This document shows, piece after piece, positions 39,447-48,955 of a DNA stretch of 64,000 bases. This DNA is from Rhabdothermincola salaria (lineage in GTDB: Bacteria > Actinomycetota > Acidimicrobiia > Acidimicrobiales > Acidimicrobilacustridaceae). Each line of letters starts with the position of its first letter. Positions within the stretch are counted from its first letter, which is position 1. The stretch lies in contig NZ_JAJQXW010000001.1 of assembly GCF_021246445.1 (NCBI RefSeq), positions 1,070,168 to 1,134,167 on the forward strand, written 5' to 3'. The position numbers and the translations under genes are program-made. Under the pieces are notes generated by a model. The model did not search any database, was not told the DNA's origin, and worked only from the letters and a program-made list of their open reading frames with translations.

Positions 39447-39884
39447 ATGCCCCAGCAGATCCGGATCGAGCCGGCGGTGAACCACGAGCGTCTCGACGAC
39501 GAGGTCATCGCCATCAACATCGAGAGCGGCGTGTACTTCGCCATGGACGACGCGGCGGCCGATTGCTGGACGGTCGCCGTCGACGGTGGCGGCATCGACG
39601 AGATGGTGGGGGTGCTCACGATCCTCTATGACGTCGACGAGGAGCGGGCTCGAGCCGACGCCGCTGCGTTCGTCGCCACGCTCGTGGACCAGCGTCTGGC
39701 CCGACTGGCCGGCGATCGTCCGGTTGCGATCGCGCTGCCCGACCCGCCGCCCTCCGGGCGCCGGCGCTACGCGCCACCCGAGCTCCAGGGCTTCGACGAC
39801 CTCGAGGAGCTCTTGCTCATCGACCCCATCCACGAGGTCGACGACGCCGGCTGGCCGCTCCCCGTCCAGGGCGATGGGGCCTGA
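39447..39884 (+). CDS. PqqD family protein (RiPP recognition element-type peptide chaperone)
   Basis: 145 aa; ...LDDEVIAINIESGVYFAMDDAAADCWTVAV...ILYDVDEERARADAAAFVATLVDQRL matches PqqD/RRE pattern; AGGAGC RBS. Confidence 0.7.
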   Translation: MPQQIRIEPAVNHERLDDEVIAINIESGVYFAMDDAAADCWTVAVDGGGIDEMVGVLTILYDVDEERARADAAAFVATLVDQRLARLAGDRPVAIALPDPPPSGRRRYAPPELQGFDDLEELLLIDPIHEVDDAGWPLPVQGDGA

Positions 39885-40929
39885 CGCCAGCGCGGCCCCG
39901 ACCCGTGGTCGCCCGGCCGCGGCCGCAGTCGACGAGTTCGTCGATGCCCTCGCCGAGTGCGTCGATCGGGCCGCGGGGGCCACCGCCGAGGTGGAGACAC
40001 GAGCACTCGATCTGGGCGGTCACGGTCTCGCCATCCGCATAGCGGGCCGGGGCCTGGCCGCGATCCTGGACCCGGCCCTCGCCCATGCCCACACCGCTGT
40101 CGAACGCCAGCCCGACCTCCGCATCGACTGCTGGGACCGAGCCGTCACCGGCGTCGCCCCGCCCTCACCGCCCTGGGCGCTGACCGACTTCCTGCCCACG
40201 GGTGCCGTCCGCGGTCACGCCGAGGACCGCGTCCGCGTCAGCTACGACCGGTGGATGCGCATGCTCACCGTCTACGACCGGGATCGGGGCCGAGCCTTCC
40301 TCCACGTCGCTGACGCCGACGACGTACCCGTCTGGGTGCAGCGATCCCCGATGCGCCAGCTCTTCGGCTGGTGGGCGGCCGACCACGGCATGGCCCTGCT
40401 GCACGCGGGAACCGTCGCCACCGACCACGGAGCGGTGGCGCTGGCCGGGGCCAGCGGTTCCGGCAAGTCGACCACGACCCTCACGTGCATGGCGGCGGGC
40501 ATGGGGTTCATGGGCGACGACGCCTGCCTGGTCGACTGGAACCCGGCCGCGACCGCCACCACCCTGTTCGGTCTGGCCAAGCTCGAGCCGGACGCCTTCG
40601 AGCGGATGGCCTCCGTGCGGCACCTCGCCGTCGGTGGCGACCCGTCGCAACCGTTGCTCGACCCGTCCGCCCACATCGTCCCGCACGCCCCCCTGCGGGC
40701 CGTGCTGCTGGTGTCGGTCGCCGACGACGGTGTGACATCACTCGAGGACGTGTCGCCGAGCGACGCCCTGCACACCCTCGTAATGGGGTCGCTCGACGAA
40801 GGTGGGGCCACCACCCTCACCGGGCTGCGACGGGTGGCCACCGAGTTTCCCTGCCGGCGCCTCCGCCTGGGCTCGGATCCGGCGGCCATCGTCGACGCGG
40901 TCGACGCAGCCGCCCGAGCGGGCCCGTGA
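39874..40929 (+). CDS. HPr kinase-related P-loop serine kinase-like protein
   Basis: ATG at 39874 (11-nt overlap with PqqD); Walker A ALAGASGSGKSTTTL resembling HprK C-terminal kinase domain; N-terminal part of track ORF 39586..40929 is read-through. Confidence 0.65.
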   Translation: MGPDASAAPTRGRPAAAAVDEFVDALAECVDRAAGATAEVETRALDLGGHGLAIRIAGRGLAAILDPALAHAHTAVERQPDLRIDCWDRAVTGVAPPSPPWALTDFLPTGAVRGHAEDRVRVSYDRWMRMLTVYDRDRGRAFLHVADADDVPVWVQRSPMRQLFGWWAADHGMALLHAGTVATDHGAVALAGASGSGKSTTTLTCMAAGMGFMGDDACLVDWNPAATATTLFGLAKLEPDAFERMASVRHLAVGGDPSQPLLDPSAHIVPHAPLRAVLLVSVADDGVTSLEDVSPSDALHTLVMGSLDEGGATTLTGLRRVATEFPCRRLRLGSDPAAIVDAVDAAARAGP

Positions 40930-41645
40930 CGGTCGCCCTGTCGGCCAGTGCGGTCAGCGTGGTGATGGCCGTGCGCGACGGCGAGCGCTACCTGGACGAG
41001 GCCCTCCGCAGCCTCCTCGACCAGACCTCACCCCCGGGCGAGATCGTCGTCGTCGATGACGGATCGACCGATGGGACCCCCGCCATCCTGGCCTCGTTCG
41101 GTCCGTCTCTGTCGGTCCACACCCGCCCACCGGAGGGGTTGGCACCAGCACTCAACCTCGGCGTCGACCGGGCCCGGCGGCCCCTGCTGACGTTCCTCGA
41201 CGCCGACGACGTGCTCACACCGACGTCGATCGAGCGCAGGGTCGCCCACCTCGCCGACCGCCCCGACCTCGACGCGGTGTTCGGACACGTCCAGCAGTTC
41301 GTCAGTCCGGACCTGGCGCCGGCAGATGCGGCTCGGTACCGGTTCGACGCGGCGCCCACCCCCGGGCGCCTGCTCTCCACCATGCTCGTCCACCGACCGG
41401 CGTTCGACCGGATCGGACCATTCGACCTCGCGCACACCCGGGCGCCGGGGCCGGACTGGCTCGCCCGCAGCATCACCGGAGGTCTCCGCAGCGCTGACGT
41501 CGACGACGTCGTGATCCGCCGTCGCCTGCACACCACCAACATGAGTCGCGCCGAAGCCCGTAGCGGGAACCGCCACCTGCTCGGCGTCGTGCGCGCGCAC
41601 CGGCGTCGACGAGCCGAGCAGGCGGCCGGCGAGGAGCAGGCATGA
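40926..41645 (+). CDS. GT2 family glycosyltransferase
   Basis: GTG at 40926 (GTGA overlap with kinase stop); VVMAVRDGERYLDEALRSLLDQT...VVVDDGSTDGT and DADD motif. Confidence 0.7.
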   Translation: MTVALSASAVSVVMAVRDGERYLDEALRSLLDQTSPPGEIVVVDDGSTDGTPAILASFGPSLSVHTRPPEGLAPALNLGVDRARRPLLTFLDADDVLTPTSIERRVAHLADRPDLDAVFGHVQQFVSPDLAPADAARYRFDAAPTPGRLLSTMLVHRPAFDRIGPFDLAHTRAPGPDWLARSITGGLRSADVDDVVIRRRLHTTNMSRAEARSGNRHLLGVVRAHRRRRAEQAAGEEQA

Positions 41646-43222
41646 ACGCCGACGAGATCGTCGCGGGCATCGATCCCCACCACCGCCAGATGCTGGTGGC
41701 GGCTCTCTGCCCGGAGCCCGAGGCCAGTGATGCGTGGCGGGCCTGGCGTGCCGCGGTCGACTTCGACGACATCGACGACGCCACCCAACGCCTCTTGCCG
41801 CTGGTCGCCCGGCGCCGCGGCGTGATCCCCGACGACGATCCGGTGCGCCGCCGGGTCCGTGGCCTCTACCGGCAGGCCTGGGTCCGCAACCACCGCCTCT
41901 GGCACCAGGCACTGCCCCCCATGGCCGCGTTCGAGGCCCGGGCCATCCCCACCCTGCTCATGAAGGGCGGTGCGCTGTTGCCCGTCTACGGGGGCGACTG
42001 GGGGGCCCGGCCGATGTACGACATCGACGTGCTGGTCCCCGACGAGCGCTTCGACGAGGCCGCCGACGAACTCACCTCGCTGGGCTGGACCCCCGAACAG
42101 GGCGAGCCCGTCGAATGGGTGGGCCAGCGCATGCGCCCCTTCCTCAACGGCTGGGGCTTCCAGTCGGGCGAGCACGGCCACCTCGACCTCCACCACCATG
42201 CGCTGGCCGGCTCGATGTGGACCCACGCCGACCGCGCCTTCTGGGAGGGCTCTGTCGTCATCGACGTCGCCGGCACCCGCCAGCGGGTCCTGCAACCCGC
42301 CGACCTGCTGGTGCACCTGCTCCTGCATGGCGTGCAGTTCGACAACAACCCGCCCGTGCAGTGGATCGCCGACGTGGTCCACGTCGCCCGGTCCACGCCG
42401 GTCGGCGTGCTGGCGCCGCGCTTCCTCGCCCAGGCCCGCACCCATGGCGCCCTCCGGGTCGCCGAGGCCGGCCTGGGAGCGGTGCTGGACCTCACCGGCG
42501 AACCCACGGTCGAGCCGATCCTGCAGGCCGTACGGGGCCAGAGCTCCTACCTCGAACGCCTCCGTCACCATCGGGGCCCGGCCGCGCGCCCCCTGCTCGA
42601 CCTCTCCCGCAACGCCACCGGAGGGGCGGGTCCCATCCGAGGGGCGCGCGACCTCGTCCACCGCCGCCTCGAGCTGCACCTCGTGGCCCATCCCACCGCC
42701 GCCCTGGCCCGGGCCGCATCGGGACGGTCAGCGACGGTCGGCCGCGCCCTGCGCCGAATCAGCGGACCGATCGCCCGAGTGCCTCGTCCCCCCGACCACG
42801 ACCTCGTCCTGCCCACCGACCTCGATCTCACTCAGCCGTCGACCCTCAACCGGTTCGGGGGCCCGGGGTGGTGGAAGTCCACACCGGAGGGCGCCGTGAC
42901 CATGGGTCGCGAGTCCTACCTCGTGCTGAGCCTTCCTCGCGCCGCCCACGGCCGGGCGCTGACCGTGCAGCTCGACGCCGCCAGCCTGGACGGGCCCAAG
43001 GCGGTCGAGGTGCTCGCCGACGACACCGTGGTCGCCCGGGCCGTCGTGGGCGATCAGCCCCAGACCGTCTTCGCGACCGTGGTGCCCCCGCTGGCCGGGC
43101 ACGCTCCGACACTCGACCTCGTCGTTCGGGTCGCACGACCGGGCCTGCGCCCTCGGCCGGCGGTGAACCTCCGGGTCCTGGGCGCCGGCATCGCCCTGGC
43201 ACCCAGTTCGCCAGACCGCTGA
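41642..43222 (+). CDS. nucleotidyltransferase family protein (NTP_transf_5-like) with extended C-terminal domain
   Basis: LLMKGGALLPVYGGDWGARPMYDIDVLVPDE signature of the uncharacterised nucleotidyltransferase family; ATGA overlap with GT2. Confidence 0.65.
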   Translation: MNADEIVAGIDPHHRQMLVAALCPEPEASDAWRAWRAAVDFDDIDDATQRLLPLVARRRGVIPDDDPVRRRVRGLYRQAWVRNHRLWHQALPPMAAFEARAIPTLLMKGGALLPVYGGDWGARPMYDIDVLVPDERFDEAADELTSLGWTPEQGEPVEWVGQRMRPFLNGWGFQSGEHGHLDLHHHALAGSMWTHADRAFWEGSVVIDVAGTRQRVLQPADLLVHLLLHGVQFDNNPPVQWIADVVHVARSTPVGVLAPRFLAQARTHGALRVAEAGLGAVLDLTGEPTVEPILQAVRGQSSYLERLRHHRGPAARPLLDLSRNATGGAGPIRGARDLVHRRLELHLVAHPTAALARAASGRSATVGRALRRISGPIARVPRPPDHDLVLPTDLDLTQPSTLNRFGGPGWWKSTPEGAVTMGRESYLVLSLPRAAHGRALTVQLDAASLDGPKAVEVLADDTVVARAVVGDQPQTVFATVVPPLAGHAPTLDLVVRVARPGLRPRPAVNLRVLGAGIALAPSSPDR

Positions 43223-43440
43223 CGACATCCCGGCCACGAGAGCTCCACGCCCCCGGCCCGCGCACCCGGCCCGCGCACCCGGCCCGCGCCGCCGCTCCCG
43301 ATCCCGGCGCACCGCCGCCCCGCAGGCCCGACAGGGGCCACGACGGTCCCCGATCCGGCCGGTGGCGCTCACTACGCTGACCGACACCTTCGAGGCTCGC
43401 CGGTGTCGGCGTCCGCCCCCCTCCGCGACTGGGAGACTTC

Positions 43441-45516
43441 GTGCAGCACGCCACCGACGTGGGCACCGACCCCGACGACGCTCTGGCCCGTAGCGAGACC
43501 CGCTTCCGTCGGGCGTTCTCGCATGCGCCGTTCGGGATGGTCGTGGAGTCGGCCGATGGGGTCCTGCTCGAGGTCAACGACGCCTTCGCGGCCATGCTCG
43601 GTCGGCACCCTCAGAGCCTCATCGGCTGTCGCGACGACGAGTTGGTCGTCGACGACGACCCCGCTCAGGTCCTGGCCTGGACCATCAACGGCGAACCCGA
43701 CGTGGTCGTCACCGATCGCCGCTATCGCCACGCCGACGGACACGTCGTGCCGGCCCGCTGCACCAGCCGCATGGAGCGCGACACCCAGGGTCGGATCGAC
43801 GGCCGGCTCACCCACGTCGCCGACCTCACCCGGCTACGGGCCGCCGAGGACGCGCTGGCCACCAGCGAGGCCCGCTTCCGTCGGGCGTTCGACGAGTCGC
43901 CCATCGGCATGGGCTTGTCCTCCGGCGACGGGCGCCTGCTGTGGGTGAACGATTCGTTCTGCGTCTTGCTCGACCGCACGTGGGCCGAGGTGGTCGGGCG
44001 CCGAACGGAGGAGTTCATCCATCCCGACGACGTTCGCGTGGCCTCACGCACGACCCGCCGACTGATCAGCGGCGAGACCCCGAGAGCCGAGTGCGAGATG
44101 CGCTACGTGCGCCCCGACGGGTCCCAGGTCTGGGCCAGGTTGTCGATGTCGACGCTGTCGGATCCCGACGACGACGAGCCATCGCTGGTGTTGGCCCAGG
44201 TGCTCGACATCACCGCGGCCCGCGAGGCCGAGGCCCGCCTGGCCCACCAGGCCAGCCACGATGCCCTCACCGGCCTCCCCAACCGGATGCTCCTCCTCGA
44301 CCGGCTCGGCCAAGCCCTCTTCCGGCGGGACCGGCTCGGCCACGAGGTCGTGGTGCTGTTCCTCGACCTCGACGACTTCAAGATCGTCAACGACGGGCTG
44401 GGTCACGCCGCCGGCGACGAGTTCCTCGTCGAAGCGGCCCGTCGGCTGCGCCAGTGCGTGCGCCCCACCGACACCGTCGCCCGCCTCGGGGGCGACGAGT
44501 TCGTGATGGTCTGCGAGATCGAACGGGTCCACCAGGTCGCCGCGCTGTGCGATCGGGTGGCCTCCGCGCTCGGAACTCCGTTCGACCTCGACGGTCGGTC
44601 GCTCTCGATGAGCGCCAGCATCGGGGTCGTGGTCGGCGACGACATCCACTCCCCCGCCGAACTGCTCCGCGACGCCGACGTGGCCATGTACCGGTCCAAG
44701 GCGGACGGTCGGGGCCGGTCGACGCTGTTCACCGAAGGCCTCCGAGCCGAGGCCGTCGAACGCCTCGAGCAGGAGGCCGACCTGCGGGTGGCCCTGCGGG
44801 AAGGCCAGCTGGCCGTGCACTACCAGCCCGTGGTCTCCTGCACCGACGGCTCGGTGCACGGGGTCGAGGCGCTCGTGCGCTGGCACCACCCCGAACGGGG
44901 ACTGCTCCTTCCGGGCGACTTCCTGCCCGCGGCCGAGCGCAGCGGGATGGTGGTCGAGCTCGGCGCGTTCGTGCTCACCACGGCATGCCGCCAGCTGGGG
45001 GCATGGCAGGCCGAGGGTCGACACCTCACCGTGAGCATCAACGTCTCACCTCGCCAGCTCCTCGACGGCAACGTCGTCGACCAGGTGCTGAACCAGTGCG
45101 CCGCCGCCGGCGCCGACCCAGAGGGCCTCATCCTGGAGCTGACCGAGAACGCCCTCATCGAGACGCTCAGCTCGGCCGGAGAGCGCCTCCGGCCCCTGCG
45201 CCGGGCGGGTGTGGCCGTGGCGCTCGACGACTTCGGCACCGGCTACAGCTCACTGCAGTACCTGCGAGACCTGCCCGTCGACCTCGTGAAGATCGATCGC
45301 ACCTTCGTGCGGGGGTTGGGGTCCGAGGACGACGGTGCCCTCGCCGAGGCCATAGTCCGGCTCGGGGCCGCACTCGACCTGACCACCGTCGCCGAAGGCA
45401 TCGAGGATCCCGCTCAGCTCGAGCGGCTGCGCGCCATGGGCTGCGGCTACGTGCAGGGGTACCTGATCGGTCGTCCTGCGCCCGTCGAGGAGCTCGATCT
45501 CACGCCCCGCTGGTAG
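43441..45516 (+). CDS. PAS-PAS-GGDEF-EAL signalling protein (diguanylate cyclase/phosphodiesterase)
   Basis: Two PAS-like segments, GGDEF ([10 protein letters not shown]), EAL ([19 protein letters not shown]) motifs; GTG start. Confidence 0.9.
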   Translation: MQHATDVGTDPDDALARSETRFRRAFSHAPFGMVVESADGVLLEVNDAFAAMLGRHPQSLIGCRDDELVVDDDPAQVLAWTINGEPDVVVTDRRYRHADGHVVPARCTSRMERDTQGRIDGRLTHVADLTRLRAAEDALATSEARFRRAFDESPIGMGLSSGDGRLLWVNDSFCVLLDRTWAEVVGRRTEEFIHPDDVRVASRTTRRLISGETPRAECEMRYVRPDGSQVWARLSMSTLSDPDDDEPSLVLAQVLDITAAREAEARLAHQASHDALTGLPNRMLLLDRLGQALFRRDRLGHEVVVLFLDLDDFKIVNDGLGHAAGDEFLVEAARRLRQCVRPTDTVARLGGDEFVMVCEIERVHQVAALCDRVASALGTPFDLDGRSLSMSASIGVVVGDDIHSPAELLRDADVAMYRSKADGRGRSTLFTEGLRAEAVERLEQEADLRVALREGQLAVHYQPVVSCTDGSVHGVEALVRWHHPERGLLLPGDFLPAAERSGMVVELGAFVLTTACRQLGAWQAEGRHLTVSINVSPRQLLDGNVVDQVLNQCAAAGADPEGLILELTENALIETLSSAGERLRPLRRAGVAVALDDFGTGYSSLQYLRDLPVDLVKIDRTFVRGLGSEDDGALAEAIVRLGAALDLTTVAEGIEDPAQLERLRAMGCGYVQGYLIGRPAPVEELDLTPRW

Positions 45517-45525
45517 TCCCGGACG

Positions 45526-45558
45526 CGCCGACGGCCGGCACGGGCCGGCCGTCGGGTC
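45526..45558. terminator. GC-rich hairpin (cgacggccgg-cacgg-gccggccgtcg) between convergent GGDEF-EAL gene and hup
   Basis: Inverted repeat seen directly between two stop codons. Confidence 0.45.
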
Positions 45559-45600
45559 TCTCGGATCGTCGTGATCAGCGACCGCCCAGGGGGCGTCGCG

Positions 45601-45830
45601 TCACTTCTTGGCCGGAGCCTTCTTGGCCGGAGCCTTCTTGGCCGGAGCCTTCTTGGCCGGAGCCTTCTTGGCCGGAGCCTTCTTGGCCGCGGTCTTCTTG
45701 GCCGGAGCCTTCTTGGCCGCGGTCTTCTTGGCCGGAGCCTTCTTGGCCGCGGTCTTCTTGGCCGGAGCCTTCTTGGCCGCGGTCTTCTTCGCCGCGGTCT
45801 TCTTGGCCGCGGCCTTCTTCGCCGGCTTCC
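45601..45830. repeat. 15-nt tandem repeat (cttcttggccggagc and variants, about 15 copies) encoding the KKAPA tail of HU
   Basis: Direct inspection of nt 45601-45830. Confidence 0.9.
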
Positions 45831-46104
45831 CGGTGGCCACCGTGTCCTTCAGCGACTTGAGCGGGGTGATGCGAACGGCCTTCTTGGCCGGCACCTTGAC
45901 CGCCGCGCCCGTCTGGGGGTTGCGAGCCATGCGGGCCCCACGCTGCACCCGGGCGAACTTGGCGAAGCCGGTCAGCACGACCTGCTCACCGCCGGCCACT
46001 GTGTCGGTGATCGTGCCGATGGCCTCGTTCAAGACCGCCTCGACCTCGGTGCGGTCCTTGTCGAGCCGCACGGCGATCGCGGCGGCCAGCTCTCGTTTGT
46101 TCAC
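45601..46104 (-). CDS. hup: HU family nucleoid protein with Lys/Ala/Pro-rich C-terminal repeat tail (Hlp/HupB-like)
   Basis: HU fold [10 protein letters not shown]...[21 protein letters not shown] then [10 protein letters not shown] repeats; GTG at 46104 with GGAGA RBS; track start 46239 is read-through. Confidence 0.85.
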   Translation of the reverse strand: MNKRELAAAIAVRLDKDRTEVEAVLNEAIGTITDTVAGGEQVVLTGFAKFARVQRGARMARNPQTGAAVKVPAKKAVRITPLKSLKDTVATGKPAKKAAAKKTAAKKTAAKKAPAKKTAAKKAPAKKTAAKKAPAKKTAAKKAPAKKAPAKKAPAKKAPAKKAPAKK

Positions 46105-46331
46105 GCTGTCTCCTCGTTCGGACTGGTCCCCGAGATCGGGGTCATCGATGGGTGAACGACCCAAAGCATGACGCAGTTTCGCCACTCGGGCGCGGCAATC
46201 ACCAGCAGAGCTCAAGACCTCAGCCAGAGAGGACCCCAACCCTGACGCCTCGCCGGGGCCATGAGCCCCCTCATCATCCGGCCACCGGCCACCCTCCAGA
46301 AGGGTCGACGACCCTCCCCTCGGGCCCGCGG

Positions 46332-47363
46332 TCAGACGGTGAGGACGACCTTGCCGAACTGCTCACCGTCGAGCATGCGGGCGAAGCCGGCGCGGGCCTC
46401 GGCCAACGGGCGCACCGAGTCGATCAAGGGCCGCACCCCGGTCGCGTCACAGAACGAGATGAGCCGTTCCAGCTCGGCGCGCGTGCCCATCGTCGAGCCG
46501 ATGACCGACCGCTGGAGGAAGAAGACCTGGGCGAGGTCGGCACTCGGATCGTTGCCGCTGGTGGCCCCCGCCACGACCAACGTCCCTCCCGGACGGAGAG
46601 AGCGCTGTGAATGGCTCCACGTGGCCGCCCCGACCGTCTCCATGACCGCGTCCACCTTGGCGGGTAGCCGCTCGCCGGACTCGAACGCGCGGTGCGCCCC
46701 GAGCTCGAGGGCCCGCTCCCCCTTCCCCGGATCTCGGCTGGTGACCCAGACCCGCAGCCCGGCGGCCCGGGCCAGCAGGACCAGAGCCGTCGCCACCCCA
46801 CCACCCGCCCCCTGGACCAGCACGGTGTCGCCCGGACGGAGGCCGCCACGGGTGAACAGCATGCGGTACGCGGTGAGGTAGGCCGTCGGCAGGCAGGCGG
46901 CCTCCTCCCAGGACAGGGACGGGGGCTTGGGCACGAGGTTCCGACGAGGGACGGCCACCCGCTCGGCCAGCGTCCCCGGATGGCGTTCCGACAGCAGGCT
47001 GCGGCGAGGATCGAGCGTCTCGTCCCCGCCCCCGGCGTCGGGGTCCCCGATCACGGCGTGCACCACGACCTCGTTGCCGTCCGGGTCGACGCCGGCCCCG
47101 TCGCAACCCAGGATCATCGGGAGCTGCTCGTCGCGCAGACCCACGCCCTGCAGGCTCCAGAGATCGTGGTGGTTCACGGCCACGGCCTCGAGCTCGACCA
47201 CCACCCACCCCTCGGGAACCTCGGGCTCGGGGCGGTCGCCCACCTCGAGGGCGGCGAGAGGGTCGTCGGCATCGAAGCGGGCGGCGGTGACAGCGAGCAC
47301 GAGAACGTCTCCATCAAGTCGACGGTGGGTCGCAACGAGTCTGACATCGCCCGGCGGGCGCAC
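46332..47363 (-). CDS. zinc-type alcohol dehydrogenase / quinone oxidoreductase (MDR superfamily)
   Basis: 343 aa; Rossmann [11 protein letters not shown]; start uncertain. Confidence 0.7.
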   Translation of the reverse strand: MRPPGDVRLVATHRRLDGDVLVLAVTAARFDADDPLAALEVGDRPEPEVPEGWVVVELEAVAVNHHDLWSLQGVGLRDEQLPMILGCDGAGVDPDGNEVVVHAVIGDPDAGGGDETLDPRRSLLSERHPGTLAERVAVPRRNLVPKPPSLSWEEAACLPTAYLTAYRMLFTRGGLRPGDTVLVQGAGGGVATALVLLARAAGLRVWVTSRDPGKGERALELGAHRAFESGERLPAKVDAVMETVGAATWSHSQRSLRPGGTLVVAGATSGNDPSADLAQVFFLQRSVIGSTMGTRAELERLISFCDATGVRPLIDSVRPLAEARAGFARMLDGEQFGKVVLTV

Positions 47364-47477
47364 GATCAGGTCCCCGCGGTCGTCACCGGTTCGACGACGT
47401 ACCCCCGCGCGAGGCCGACGTACCCGCCCCGGATCGCGTCGACCACGGACGAGCCGGCCCCCACGGGCCCGAACGGT

Positions 47478-48326
47478 TCAGATGACCCCGACGGCCAGCG
47501 GTGGGTTCTCGGATTGGGCCACACCGCCTCGCACCTCTTCGGTGAGGGCGTAGGTGGTGAAGCCGGCCTCGCCCACCGGGAAGGCGGCCACGGTGGGAGC
47601 ACTGCCCAACACCCCGAGGGAGATGACCCGCTCGTCCTCGATGCCCCAGAGCTGGTAGGTGCGGTCCTCGGGCAGAGAAGGCAGCGACCCGAGCAGGAAG
47701 CCGGTGCCGTCGGGGAGCACGACCACGGTGGCGGTCGCGTCGCCCCCTTCGGGCGGGGCGAGCGAGACCTTGGTGGCCTCGGGGTCGGCCATGGCCTGAC
47801 CGGCCGCTCGTTGCAGGTCGATGGCGGCCACCTCACGGCTCATGTCGTCGAGGCGATCCTCTTGGCGGGCCACCACGATGCCGAGCACGAGGATCACCGC
47901 GGCGGCCACGCTCACGGCCGCCACGAGGGTGCGAGTCACGACCCGGCGGGAACGACCCGACAGCGGCACCACCTCGGCGTCACCGTTGCTCGTGGACTCG
48001 GCCGTGACCGGTTCGGGGCTCGACGCCGCCGGCGTCGTCGTGCCTCGGCGTCGGGCGACGTCGAGCTCCGCGGGGCTGAGGCGCATGGCCGGCGCAGCAT
48101 CGTCGAGCGCGTCGACGATGCGGTCCCACACCCCCTCGGGGGCGCGTGACCCTCCACCGGCCATCCACGACGCGACCTCGAGGTGACCGGCCAGCTCGTC
48201 GCGGCAGCGCGGGCAGACCGCCAGATGGGCCTCGACGAGGCGGCGCTCGTCGGGGTCGACGGCATCGAGGGCGTAGGCGCCCAGGAGCTCTTCGATCTCG
48301 GCCACGGGGATATCTGGTCCGCTCAT
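47478..48326 (-). CDS. anti-sigma factor (zinc-finger anti-sigma N-domain plus RskA-like C-domain)
   Basis: HLAVCPRCRDELAGHLE zinc motif, single TM, C-terminal YQLWGIEDERVISLGVL RskA-like domain; ATGA overlap with sigma gene. Confidence 0.75.
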   Translation of the reverse strand: MSGPDIPVAEIEELLGAYALDAVDPDERRLVEAHLAVCPRCRDELAGHLEVASWMAGGGSRAPEGVWDRIVDALDDAAPAMRLSPAELDVARRRGTTTPAASSPEPVTAESTSNGDAEVVPLSGRSRRVVTRTLVAAVSVAAAVILVLGIVVARQEDRLDDMSREVAAIDLQRAAGQAMADPEATKVSLAPPEGGDATATVVVLPDGTGFLLGSLPSLPEDRTYQLWGIEDERVISLGVLGSAPTVAAFPVGEAGFTTYALTEEVRGGVAQSENPPLAVGVI

Positions 48327-48955
48327 CGCGCCACCTCGAGGTCGGACGGGTCGAGCATGCCCCGCATCTTCTTGAGGCCCGATCGGATCCGGCTCTTCAC
48401 GGTCCCCTCCGGCTCGTCCAGCATGGCGGCCACTTCGCGGTAGGTGTGCCCGCCCAGGTAGGCGAGCTGGATGGCCCGTCGTTCGTTCTGGTGGAGCTGG
48501 GCCATGGCCACCTTGACCCGCTCGGCGACGGCGAGGTCGAGGACCTCGAGCTCGAGGTCGTAGCCCGCCTCCGCGGTGCGCTGGGCGTCGCGCTCCTCGC
48601 GTCGGCGACGAGCTCCCTCCGAGCGCAACAGGTCGACGGCCCGGCCGTGCCCCTGGGCGAGGAGGTACGAGCGCAGGGCGCCCCGCTCGGGGTCGAACTT
48701 GTCGGGGTCGTTCCAGAGGCGCAGGAACACCTCCTGGACGACCTCCTCGGCCAGCGTGGGCTCACCGAGGAGCCGCCGGGCGAGCGCGAAGACGGCGCCG
48801 GCGTGACGGCGGTAGGCCTCGGCGAGCGCCTGCTCGTCGAAGCGGCTGATGGCGATCACCAAGACGGCGTCGCTGGAGGTCGACAACGGGTCCGTGGGCA
48901 TGGTCGCTCGTTCTTCGGAGCCGTGGGAGCCCTCGGATGAGGTCTCTTCGGTCAC
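48323..48955 (-). CDS. ECF sigma-70 family RNA polymerase sigma factor (SigK-like)
   Basis: Region 2 QEVFLRLW, region 4 HTYREVAAMLDEPEGTVKSRI; start possibly internal ATG at 48901. Confidence 0.8.
   Translation of the reverse strand: MTEETSSEGSHGSEERATMPTDPLSTSSDAVLVIAISRFDEQALAEAYRRHAGAVFALARRLLGEPTLAEEVVQEVFLRLWNDPDKFDPERGALRSYLLAQGHGRAVDLLRSEGARRRREERDAQRTAEAGYDLELEVLDLAVAERVKVAMAQLHQNERRAIQLAYLGGHTYREVAAMLDEPEGTVKSRIRSGLKKMRGMLDPSDLEVAR

Noticed and set aside
39586-39873. N-terminal 96-aa extension of the kinase ORF
   Set aside because: It overlaps the PqqD gene in another frame, and an ATG at 39874 with conserved-looking downstream sequence is more plausible.
45601-45830. Possible CRISPR-like or minisatellite array
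   Set aside because: The 15-nt units are contiguous with no spacers, are in-frame, and encode the KKAPA tail of HU. No cas genes are present.
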